Below, piece by piece: positions 1 through 8,741 of a stretch of DNA of 64,000 nt (positions within the stretch are counted from its first letter, which is position 1; each line of letters starts with the position of its first letter). The notes beneath the pieces are model-generated. The model had not been told where the DNA came from and did no database searches. It worked only from the letters and a program-made list of their open reading frames with translations. The position numbers and the translations under genes were made by a program. The DNA is from Candidatus Cloacimonadales bacterium (GTDB taxonomy: Bacteria; Cloacimonadota; Cloacimonadia; Cloacimonadales; JAFGVF01), in assembly GCA_963662585.1 (NCBI GenBank), contig OY759729.1, positions 64,001 through 128,000 on the forward strand, read 5' to 3'.

Positions 1-65
1 GTAAAGTTGGTGGAATAGTCTTCACACCTGAAGAAATTAAAGCAAAAATCGAAGAAAACTTATAG
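1..65 (+). CDS. 3' end of probable 2-oxoacid:ferredoxin oxidoreductase alpha subunit (partial)
   Basis: The frame from nt 3 reads KVGGIVFTPEEIKAKIEENL*, resembling the G-G-x-x-x-x-P-E-E-I C-terminus of alpha subunits. It lies directly upstream of the beta and gamma subunits. Confidence 0.7.
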   Translation, partial: KVGGIVFTPEEIKAKIEENL

Positions 66-73
66 GAGTAAAA

Positions 74-817
74 ATGCAAGTAATCGCAACAAGACCTAAA
101 TCATTAACTGATTTACAGTTTACTTACTGTCCAGGCTGTCTTCATGGGGTAGCTCATAGATTGATTGCCGAAGCTATAGATGAATTAGAAATCCAAGATA
201 CAGCTACAGGTGTTGCACCTGTTGGTTGTTCCGTATTCGCATATAAATTCTTTGATATGGATATGGCTGAAGCTGCTCATGGTAGAGCTCCTGCAGTTGC
301 TACTGGTATCAAAAGAGCTAGACCAAATATGCAAGTTTTCACTTATCAAGGTGATGGAGATTTAGCTGCTATCGGTACTGCTGAAATCGTTCATGCTGCT
401 AATAGAGGTGAACATATCTCTGTATTCTTCGTGAATAATGCTATTTATGGTATGACTGGTGGCCAAATGGCACCTACAACTCTTCCTGATATGAAAACTA
501 CAACTTCTCCTTATGGTAGAAAAACTGATGATGTTGGTTTCCCTATCCAAGTATGTGAGTTACTCAATACTTTACATGCTCCTTATTATATTGAAAGAGT
601 TTCTCTCCTTTCACCTGCTGATATTATCAAAGCAAAAAAGGCTGTGAAAAAAGCTCTAACTTATAATAAAGAAGGAAGAGGATTCACTATTGTTGAGCTA
701 CTTTCAACTTGTCCTACAAACTGGGGAATGACTGCTGTTGATTCTCTTAAATGGGCAAAAGAAAAAATGATTCCATTCTTCCCACTTGGAAAGTTCAGAG
801 ATAGAGGGGAGGAATAG
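74..817 (+). CDS. 2-oxoacid:ferredoxin oxidoreductase beta (TPP-binding) subunit, Vor-like
   Basis: YCPGC, VGCS, HGRAPAVATG, QGDGD...NN TPP motif, YGMTGGQ and CPTNW; GGAG RBS. Confidence 0.93.
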   Translation: MQVIATRPKSLTDLQFTYCPGCLHGVAHRLIAEAIDELEIQDTATGVAPVGCSVFAYKFFDMDMAEAAHGRAPAVATGIKRARPNMQVFTYQGDGDLAAIGTAEIVHAANRGEHISVFFVNNAIYGMTGGQMAPTTLPDMKTTTSPYGRKTDDVGFPIQVCELLNTLHAPYYIERVSLLSPADIIKAKKAVKKALTYNKEGRGFTIVELLSTCPTNWGMTAVDSLKWAKEKMIPFFPLGKFRDRGEE

Positions 818-819
818 AA

Positions 820-1356
820 ATGATGTATGAAATAATAAGCTCAGGTTTTGGTGGTCAAGGTGCTTTAACTATAGGAAAGTTCTTAGCTAAAGCTGGTATG
901 AAAGAAGGAAAACATGTTTCTTGGTTACCTTCTTATGGTCCTGAAATGAGAGGCGGTACAGCTAATGTTGCTGCAGTAATCTCTGACAAACCAATCGCTT
1001 CCCCAATCGTTACATACCCAAATGTATTGATTGCTTTAAATCAGCCTTCAATCGATAAATTCGCATCTTTTGTTGTAAAAGGTGGGTTTATCATTGCTAA
1101 TGAAGACTTATGTCCTAAGATTCCTCAAATTGAAGGAATCAAAACTGTTTCAGCTTCACTTTCAAAGTTAGCTGCTGAGATAGGTAGTGATATGGTGCTT
1201 AATATGTTAGCTATTGGTATTGTAATCGGTTTAACTGATATGATAAAATATGAGACTATTGAATCTGATTTAACCTCATTCTTAATTAAGAAAAATCCTG
1301 AATTACTCAAGATGAATCTTATCGCAATTAAGAAAGGTATGGAGTTAGCTAAATAG
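820..1356 (+). CDS. 2-oxoacid:ferredoxin oxidoreductase gamma subunit
   Basis: GFGGQG and SYGPEMRGG motifs; operon context. Confidence 0.93.
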   Translation: MMYEIISSGFGGQGALTIGKFLAKAGMKEGKHVSWLPSYGPEMRGGTANVAAVISDKPIASPIVTYPNVLIALNQPSIDKFASFVVKGGFIIANEDLCPKIPQIEGIKTVSASLSKLAAEIGSDMVLNMLAIGIVIGLTDMIKYETIESDLTSFLIKKNPELLKMNLIAIKKGMELAK

Positions 1357-1374
1357 CTTAAAGTAAATATAATT

Positions 1375-1409
1375 AGAGAGATTGTGTTTTTACCGGTCTC
1401 TCTTTTTTT
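1375..1409 (+). terminator. intrinsic terminator
   Basis: Stem AGAGAGATTG/CGGTCTCTCT (with G-U pairs) followed by a T run, just after the gamma subunit. Confidence 0.75.
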
Positions 1410-1563
1410 ATTTGAAAAAAATATTAAAAAAGCTTGCATTGTTAAATTACAAAATAGATTGAATTTATAAGACTTAGTTTAACGATATTATAATAATTTA
1501 TTTTAAAGATACTTGACAGATAATTTGCCTTAAAAAAAATAAAAATAAAACCACTGGAGAAAA

Positions 1564-2367
1564 ATGGAAAAGAGAGCGATTGGGATTTTCGATTCAGGTG
1601 TTGGAGGACTCACAGTTTTTAAATCAATTAGAGAATATTTTCCTTATGAAGATATAATCTATTTTGGTGATACTGCAAGAGTACCTTATGGACCTAAGTC
1701 AAAACATACAGTAATAAACTATTCTATACAAAATACTAGATTCTTGCTTCAACAAAATATTAAATTATTAATAATTGCTTGCAATACTTCTTCAGCTGTA
1801 GCAATTCCATATTTGCAGAAAATGACAAGCATCCCTGTCATTGGTGTTATTATTCCTGGGGCAGAAGAAGCAATTTCTTTATCAAAAACTGGCAGAATAG
1901 GTATTATCGGAACTGAAGGAACTATCAATAGCGAAGCTTATAAAAATGAACTGTTAAAACTAAATTCTAACTTAGAAATTTTTTCCCAACCATGCCCTCT
2001 CTTTGTATCTCTAGTAGAGGAAGGCTGGCTTGACAAAGAAGTAACCCATCTGGTTATCAATGAATATCTTTCTGAATTTAAGAAATATGGTGTTGATACC
2101 CTAATATTAGGCTGTACCCATTATCCAGTTCTCAAGCCTGCAATTAATACCTTCTTTTCAGAGAAAGTAAATCTCGTCGATAGCTCACAAGCAATTATTA
2201 AACACATCAAACCCTATATTGATTCTTCATCTTCTCAACTGGGTAAAGATCTCTTTTATGTGAGTGATAATGAGAATAAATTCATCAAAATTGCAGATAT
2301 GATTTTAGATAAAAAGATTACTGATCTAAAGAAAGTTACTCTTGGCGAAAGTTGGTTTATAGATTAA
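1564..2367 (+). CDS. murI: glutamate racemase
   Basis: FDSGVGGLTV, PYGPKS, ACNTS and LGCTHYP motifs. Confidence 0.96.
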   Translation: MEKRAIGIFDSGVGGLTVFKSIREYFPYEDIIYFGDTARVPYGPKSKHTVINYSIQNTRFLLQQNIKLLIIACNTSSAVAIPYLQKMTSIPVIGVIIPGAEEAISLSKTGRIGIIGTEGTINSEAYKNELLKLNSNLEIFSQPCPLFVSLVEEGWLDKEVTHLVINEYLSEFKKYGVDTLILGCTHYPVLKPAINTFFSEKVNLVDSSQAIIKHIKPYIDSSSSQLGKDLFYVSDNENKFIKIADMILDKKITDLKKVTLGESWFID

Positions 2368-3428
2368 TGAATATGCAGGAAATATACAAATTATTAATTG
2401 AAGATTATTTAAATATTAATTCAGAACAAATTATTGTTTTATCAGGAATCTTAGACACTTCTGAGAATTGCGACTTGTCTGATGTTAAAATTATAGAAGA
2501 CTTAGCTTTATTAGTCCGGAATAGAGGTGCATTTCCTGTTTTAGATTTAGCATCAAAATCACTGAAAATTAGAGTTTTAGAAGAAACACCTGAAGAAAAT
2601 TACTTCGTTCCTACAGAGTATTTTTCCCAATGGGTCAAATTAGTTAATGTTATTATTGATCTTAGTTTCCCAGAAATTAGAAATATATTTACTGATAACT
2701 ACTTTACTGCTCAAAAAACTGATTTAATAAATAAATCTCTTCAAGCAATTTATAAAAATATGCTTATAGCAGACAAGATCGTTCTTCTTCCTAATTTTCC
2801 CAAAAAGGCTATTGCAAACTACTACAATATCGATCTATCTATCTTGGAAAGATTCTATATTGGTACTTTTGGACCTATTGAAAATAAAATGAATGTTAAA
2901 GGCTTAAAAGTGCTTAATCATATAGTGCCTGGTAAAACCTTTTATTTACAGGATAATGATGATACTCAAGAAAAATTAAAATTACAAATTTCAGACCAGC
3001 AAAGTTATTTTGTTAGCAATACGATTAGTAGCTCATATACAGTGCTTCCTTATGGTTTTGTTTCCCTCACAGTAGATAAAAATAGTTTAACAGGTGTTAT
3101 TAAGGCTGAAAAGTTATATTATAAGAATTTGTGCAAGAATTCTGTAACAATACATTTCTCTTATGGCAATATTCTCTCTCTTCAATTTGAGAATAATGAT
3201 AGTATAGCTGAAATAATTAAAGTTGGTTTGATTAATAGCAAAGAGAGAGTAGAATTCTTTATTGGGGTTAATAATGGAGTTTCTGAACATTGTAACTACA
3301 ACTATTATGATCGCTGTATTGATAACAATTTTAGTTTGGTATTCTACGACGAATTAAACAATATTATTGAAATTAGTTCAAAATCAGTTCAGTTAACAAA
3401 TGAAAATTCAAAAAATATTTTATTATAA
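2367..3428 (+). CDS. hypothetical protein, degenerate M29 (AmpT/AmpS) aminopeptidase-like
   Basis: The ATG overlaps the murI stop (TAATG). VLPYGFVSL..LTGVI, VEFFIGVN and YYDRCI resemble M29 motifs, but most metal ligands are missing. Confidence 0.55.
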   Translation: MNMQEIYKLLIEDYLNINSEQIIVLSGILDTSENCDLSDVKIIEDLALLVRNRGAFPVLDLASKSLKIRVLEETPEENYFVPTEYFSQWVKLVNVIIDLSFPEIRNIFTDNYFTAQKTDLINKSLQAIYKNMLIADKIVLLPNFPKKAIANYYNIDLSILERFYIGTFGPIENKMNVKGLKVLNHIVPGKTFYLQDNDDTQEKLKLQISDQQSYFVSNTISSSYTVLPYGFVSLTVDKNSLTGVIKAEKLYYKNLCKNSVTIHFSYGNILSLQFENNDSIAEIIKVGLINSKERVEFFIGVNNGVSEHCNYNYYDRCIDNNFSLVFYDELNNIIEISSKSVQLTNENSKNILL

Positions 3429-3439
3429 AAGGTGTAAAA

Positions 3440-5044
3440 ATGGCTAAACATATTTTTGTTATGGGTGGTGTGTTATCCTCTTTAGGAAAAGGAATTGCTG
3501 CAGCCTCTATTGGCTTGTTGCTTAAGAAAATGGGGTATAAAGTTGGACTGCAAAAAATGGACCCCTATTTAAATGTTGACCCTGGGACTATGAGTCCTTA
3601 TCAACATGGGGAAGTCTTCGTTACTGATGATGGAGCTGAGACAGATTTAGATTTAGGACACTATGAAAGATTTATAGATGTTCCCTTATCTAAACTCTCC
3701 AGTGTATCTTCTGGGCAAATCTATGAATCAGTTATCAAGAAAGAACGCAGAGGAGACTATCTTGGCAAAACAGTTCAAGTAATACCTCACATAACTAACG
3801 AAATTATCTCCAAAGTTAAGCAGATAGGGGAGATGTATGATATAGTTATTACTGAGATAGGTGGAACTGTTGGTGATATTGAATCCTTACCATTCTTGGA
3901 AGCTATAAGACAATTTAGGATGGAAGTTGGTACTGAGAACTCACTTTTTGTTCTATTAACTTATGTTCCTTATATTAAATCTGCTGGAGAATTAAAAACT
4001 AAACCAACTCAACATAGTGCTATAAAGTTAAGAGAGATTGGTATTCAACCAGATATTCTCTTATGTAGATCAGAAAAACCTTTTTCTCAGGATATTATTA
4101 AAAAAATATCACTCTTCACTAATGTTCAGATTAAATCAGTTATCAATGCCATTGATGTTGATTCTGTCTTTAGTGTACCAAGAAACTACTTCGTTGAAGG
4201 ACTACACGAAACTATATGCAAACAATTAGGTTTAGATGTGAAAGAAATTGATTTCTCTCAATTAGATAATTATATTAAAAAAACTCAAGGCCATAAACAC
4301 GAAATCAATGTTGCTGTTTGTGGGAAGTATGTTCAACATCAAGATGCTTATAAATCTGTTGAACAATCAATAATCCATGCTGGTATAGCTAATGAAATTA
4401 AAGTAAATATAGAATGGATTGATTCTGAAACTAGTTATGACCCTGAATTACTAAACGAGAGATTTAAGAAAATAGATGGTATCCTAATTCCTGGTGGTTT
4501 TGGATTAAGAGGAATTGAAGGTAAAGTCAACATCGTTAAGTATGCCAGAGAAAATAATATTCCTTTCTTTGGAATTTGTCTAGGTATGCAGGTAGCTGTT
4601 ATAGAATTCGCCAGAAATGTATGTAACATTAAAGATGCTTTTAGCTCTGAATTTGACCACTCTTGCGAAAATCCTGTTATTCATTTGATGGATGACCAAG
4701 CCTATATTGATAAGTTAGGCGGAACTATGCGTTTGGGTGCTTTCCCTTGCAAAGTTCTACCTAAGACCCTAGCTTGGGACGCTTATCAGTCTACTGATAT
4801 TATCGAAAGACACAGGCATCGTTATGAATTTAACAATAAATATCGCCAAGTAATGCAAGAAAAAGGAATGGTGATTTCAGGAACCTCTCCAGATGAACTT
4901 TTAGTTGAAATTATTGAATATCCTGCTAATGACTTCTTTATTGCAGTTCAATTTCATCCAGAATTTTTATCAAGGCCATTAAGACCACATCCTATTTTTA
5001 ATAAATTCATTATCTCTTCTCTCAAGAAGAAGAATTCAAAATAA
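3440..5044 (+). CDS. pyrG: CTP synthase
   Basis: GGVLSSLGKG, DPYLNVDPGTMSPYQHGEV, GICLGMQ, RHRHRYE and QFHPE motifs. Confidence 0.98.
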   Translation: MAKHIFVMGGVLSSLGKGIAAASIGLLLKKMGYKVGLQKMDPYLNVDPGTMSPYQHGEVFVTDDGAETDLDLGHYERFIDVPLSKLSSVSSGQIYESVIKKERRGDYLGKTVQVIPHITNEIISKVKQIGEMYDIVITEIGGTVGDIESLPFLEAIRQFRMEVGTENSLFVLLTYVPYIKSAGELKTKPTQHSAIKLREIGIQPDILLCRSEKPFSQDIIKKISLFTNVQIKSVINAIDVDSVFSVPRNYFVEGLHETICKQLGLDVKEIDFSQLDNYIKKTQGHKHEINVAVCGKYVQHQDAYKSVEQSIIHAGIANEIKVNIEWIDSETSYDPELLNERFKKIDGILIPGGFGLRGIEGKVNIVKYARENNIPFFGICLGMQVAVIEFARNVCNIKDAFSSEFDHSCENPVIHLMDDQAYIDKLGGTMRLGAFPCKVLPKTLAWDAYQSTDIIERHRHRYEFNNKYRQVMQEKGMVISGTSPDELLVEIIEYPANDFFIAVQFHPEFLSRPLRPHPIFNKFIISSLKKKNSK

Positions 5045-5058
5045 ATAATTTTACTAAT

Positions 5059-5096
5059 AAAAAAAGCTTAAAGATATTTATCCTTAAGCTTTTTTT
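5059..5096. terminator. bidirectional intrinsic terminator between convergent pyrG and rnr
   Basis: A7-GCTTAAAGATA..TATCCTTAAGC-T7 inverted repeat. Confidence 0.8.
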
Positions 5097-5109
5097 CTTT
5101 TATGAGATA

Positions 5110-7266
5110 TTATTTATCAAGTAATAAATCAAAATATATATCATCAGTAACTGTAGCTACTCTTATTTTAACTTGTTGAGCTAATTGGAATTTCTGCTTT
5201 TTCTTTTTACCTGTTGCTATTAATCTTTCTTCATCAACAACATAGTAATCTCCAGGAATATTACTTAGTTTTATAACACCTGTTATAGGATATTTAACTA
5301 AAGTAGCAAACATATTAGAATTGTTCATTCCTGTTATAATAGCTTCATATTCATTACCAATTCTATCTTTCATAAAGTACTGAACCATCTTCTTCAAAAT
5401 CTCACGATATGCTTCATCACTAAGGGCCTCTTGCTCAGTAGCTATGTCTGCAAGCTCCATTAAAGATTTTGCTCTAAATTTATAACCATCTTTACCTAAG
5501 TAACTCTTCAGTTGAAGATGAACAACTAAATCTGATAATCTTCTAATAGGTGAAGTGAAATGAGTATAGTTCTCGATAGAAAGACCAAAGTGAATGTCAT
5601 GTTCAGTAGTGTATTTTGCTTTTTTCATGGATCTTAAAATCATCTTATTAAATACTTTCTCTTCGAAAGTACCTTCAAAAGATTTTAAAACTTCTTGAAT
5701 AGAGTGATTTAAGGTTCCATCAAACTTCATTCTATGACCATAATAATTTAGTAACTTAGCTATTTTATCAATCCTCTCTCTATCTGGTAATTCATGTACA
5801 CGATAGATAGTGGTTTTTGCTTTACCCTTTAAATATGTCGCGATATATTCATTAGCTAACAACATGAAATTCTCGATAAGTTTGTGAGAATCTGTTTCTT
5901 CACTTTCAATAATAGAATCTAAACGACCCTCTTCATCATAAATGTATTCCACATCAGGAAGTCTAAAGTTAATATAACCATTCTTCTTAAGTTTTGCGGA
6001 GAATTTGTGGGATATTCTGAGGGATTCATTAAGCATCTCTTTAATTTCATCGCTTTGATCAAGTTCATTAGTGGCAAAGTATTTATCTACTTCCTCGTAA
6101 TTCAATCTAGCATCTGAATTTATAATAGATTCTACAGCATACTGTTCTGTGATTTCGTACTTATCATTAAGTTTTGTTACTACAGAAACGGTTAATTTCT
6201 CTTCATCAGGTCTTAAACTACATATCTTGTTAGAAATATGTTCAGGTAACATTGGTATTACTCTTTTTGGAAAATAGAAACTATTTCCTCTTTTAGTAGC
6301 TTCTTTAAATGTTTCAGTACCTGGCTTGACATAATGACCAACATCAGCAATATGAACATAGAGAGTATAACCAAAATCTTCTTTTACGATTGAAATTGCA
6401 TCATCATAGTCTTTTGCTGTAATAGGGTCAATAGTAAGAGTAATAATATCACGGAAATCACTTCTGCGATTTATCTCCTCAATCCTGATAGATTCTGAAA
6501 TATCTGATGATTCTTGAACTACATTTTTAGGAAATTCTAAAGGAAGATTAAATTGCTTAATAACGCCTAAAACTTCTATTTCAGGATCATGAGCATCACC
6601 AAGAACACTGACTACTTTACCTGAAGGTAAAACAGCTTTGCTTTTATTTCCCCAATTAGTTATTTCAATTTCTACTTTCTTATTGTCTATGTTTTGATTA
6701 GGACTATCTACCATAATGGAAGTATGGATTTTATGATTATCACATACAAAGATGTAAGATTTTCCATATTTAGTAGCATTTCCAACCATTTTGTGATTAG
6801 CTCTTTCTACTACATTCCTTACAACACCATAGTATTTTCCATTCTTTTGCTTATAAGGCTCAATTTGTACTTTATCTCCATGGTAAGCATCAAGTAAATC
6901 CTCTGAAGATATAAAATAATCATTTTCTTCTGTAGTCGCAAAACCAAATGAGTATCCTTTACCTAAGGAAGTACCATCAAAAGTAGCATCAATCAAAGGA
7001 GAACTTACTTTATCATGTTTCTTTTTGGTTGAGCTTTTAGGATTGGCAGAAGTCGTGGCTTTACTTATTTCTTTAGCTGCCGTAAAGTACTGACCCTCTT
7101 TTATTAATAAATTATCTTTAATTAGTTTTCTAACTGTATCATTCAAGTTTTTATAATCATGTTTTTTGATAGATAAAATACTTGAGATTTCTTTCATTTT
7201 AAGTTGTGCACCAGGGTATCTACTGAATAACTGTAATACTTGGGTTTCTATATCTTTTATGTACAT
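5110..7266 (-). CDS. rnr: ribonuclease R (RNB family exoribonuclease)
   Basis: TIDPITAKDYDDAIS, VHIADV, IENFMLLAN and YTHFTSPIRR motifs; N-terminal HTH/cold-shock region and C-terminal S1 domain. Confidence 0.93.
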   Translation of the reverse strand: MYIKDIETQVLQLFSRYPGAQLKMKEISSILSIKKHDYKNLNDTVRKLIKDNLLIKEGQYFTAAKEISKATTSANPKSSTKKKHDKVSSPLIDATFDGTSLGKGYSFGFATTEENDYFISSEDLLDAYHGDKVQIEPYKQKNGKYYGVVRNVVERANHKMVGNATKYGKSYIFVCDNHKIHTSIMVDSPNQNIDNKKVEIEITNWGNKSKAVLPSGKVVSVLGDAHDPEIEVLGVIKQFNLPLEFPKNVVQESSDISESIRIEEINRRSDFRDIITLTIDPITAKDYDDAISIVKEDFGYTLYVHIADVGHYVKPGTETFKEATKRGNSFYFPKRVIPMLPEHISNKICSLRPDEEKLTVSVVTKLNDKYEITEQYAVESIINSDARLNYEEVDKYFATNELDQSDEIKEMLNESLRISHKFSAKLKKNGYINFRLPDVEYIYDEEGRLDSIIESEETDSHKLIENFMLLANEYIATYLKGKAKTTIYRVHELPDRERIDKIAKLLNYYGHRMKFDGTLNHSIQEVLKSFEGTFEEKVFNKMILRSMKKAKYTTEHDIHFGLSIENYTHFTSPIRRLSDLVVHLQLKSYLGKDGYKFRAKSLMELADIATEQEALSDEAYREILKKMVQYFMKDRIGNEYEAIITGMNNSNMFATLVKYPITGVIKLSNIPGDYYVVDEERLIATGKKKKQKFQLAQQVKIRVATVTDDIYFDLLLDK

Positions 7267-7267
7267 A

Positions 7268-7744
7268 TTAAAATCTCTTTCCTATTTTTTGTTCTAAAAA
7301 GTTAAGTAGCTCTTCTTTTTCAAGCTGGGTTTTAGAATATCGTACTGACATTCCTCGAAATGGATCCAATCGTCTAGGAGTTTTGAATGTACTAAGCATT
7401 ACTCCATGTTTATCTGAATAAAAACAACCAAAATCTTTGTATGGTCTCTCTACTTTAAAGAATAGGTACTTAGCTACAATTCTATTCTCATAAAAAGTAT
7501 ATCGACTTGGGATGAAATATGAACTGATACTAGCAAAAATAAGCATCATACTAATCCAATACCAACCAATTGGCAATAACATAGCATGTTCAATAAAGTA
7601 TCGTAATAGTACGGAAAGAAATATTAAGAAAACAACCAATAGGGTAGAGGTGCGTGGTCTATCTACAAAAGGAAAAGATACCCAATCGAAATTGACCTTA
7701 TCTTTTACTTTGAAATTATTCTTGGGTGGCTTCTTACTGGACAT
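7268..7744 (-). CDS. hypothetical membrane protein (two predicted TM segments plus a basic soluble domain)
   Basis: Two hydrophobic stretches; overlaps the yicC stop and abuts the rnr start. Confidence 0.75.
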   Translation of the reverse strand: MSSKKPPKNNFKVKDKVNFDWVSFPFVDRPRTSTLLVVFLIFLSVLLRYFIEHAMLLPIGWYWISMMLIFASISSYFIPSRYTFYENRIVAKYLFFKVERPYKDFGCFYSDKHGVMLSTFKTPRRLDPFRGMSVRYSKTQLEKEELLNFLEQKIGKRF

Positions 7745-8615
7745 TTAAAATCATCTCCTTGCATTTATCTATTTCCTCTTTGATAGTAAGAATATACTCA
7801 AAGGTCTCTGGAATACTGAACTTAGATCCTAAAGTATTAGCCTCTCTGTGCATCTCTTGAATTATAAAGTTGAAAGATTTTCCAATGTTATCATCTTCTG
7901 ATTTGAGTAGATTTTCACATTTATTGATATGATCTAAAAGTCTGATAACCTCTTCATTAACATCATTTCTATCTACATAAAAGGCTGTTTCAACAACTAC
8001 ACGACGAAGAATGTCATCAGTAATCTCAGCCTTAAGCATCTCTTTAATATTATCTACTATTTTGTTGTATACCTGAGACTTATATAGAGGAATAATCTCT
8101 TTAATCTTCTCTGTTGCTGCTCGCATTAAAGATAGGGAAGATGTAAAGAAGTCTAACATTATCTTACCCTCATCTAAGGCCATTTTCTGATGTTCTAATA
8201 AAGCTTTCTGAATAGCACATTCTAATGTCTCTAAAAGAAGATCTTCATTACCCGTTTGGGATTTCATCTCTAAAATGCCCTGATAAAGCAAAATCCTGTC
8301 TAAGGAAACTTCCCCATCAGCTTTTAGTAAATCTTTAGCCCTCTGAGCTGCTTCCCAAATAGCTTTCAATTTTCCTTCATTAATCTTAAGTAAAGGTTCA
8401 CTAAGATCTGTAATATTAATTCGACATTCAATACTTCCACGACTTATAGTTTTCTTTATTAATTTGCTCACAAAAGATTCTAAATATGAATACTCACGAG
8501 CAGAGTAAAATCTGAAATCAAAGTATTTTGAATTCAAAGTTTTAATTTCTATTTCTATATCATATATTTCATTTGTTAAGTTATGCTTACCATAACCAGT
8601 CATACTTTTAAACAT
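7734..8615 (-). CDS. yicC: YicC/YloC family endoribonuclease
   Basis: KSMTGYG N-terminus, DVNEE..RL..H and QEMHREANTLGSK motifs. Confidence 0.92.
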   Translation of the reverse strand: MFKSMTGYGKHNLTNEIYDIEIEIKTLNSKYFDFRFYSAREYSYLESFVSKLIKKTISRGSIECRINITDLSEPLLKINEGKLKAIWEAAQRAKDLLKADGEVSLDRILLYQGILEMKSQTGNEDLLLETLECAIQKALLEHQKMALDEGKIMLDFFTSSLSLMRAATEKIKEIIPLYKSQVYNKIVDNIKEMLKAEITDDILRRVVVETAFYVDRNDVNEEVIRLLDHINKCENLLKSEDDNIGKSFNFIIQEMHREANTLGSKFSIPETFEYILTIKEEIDKCKEMILNVQ

Positions 8616-8741
8616 TTCTACATCTCCATATATCTTTATTTAAGAAAGGGTTAGCTCTTTATATACTCAAGTATACATAATATGCGTTATGGTCTTGATT
8701 GTATAAATGAGCAAATAGACTTCCCTTAGATTCATTTATCT

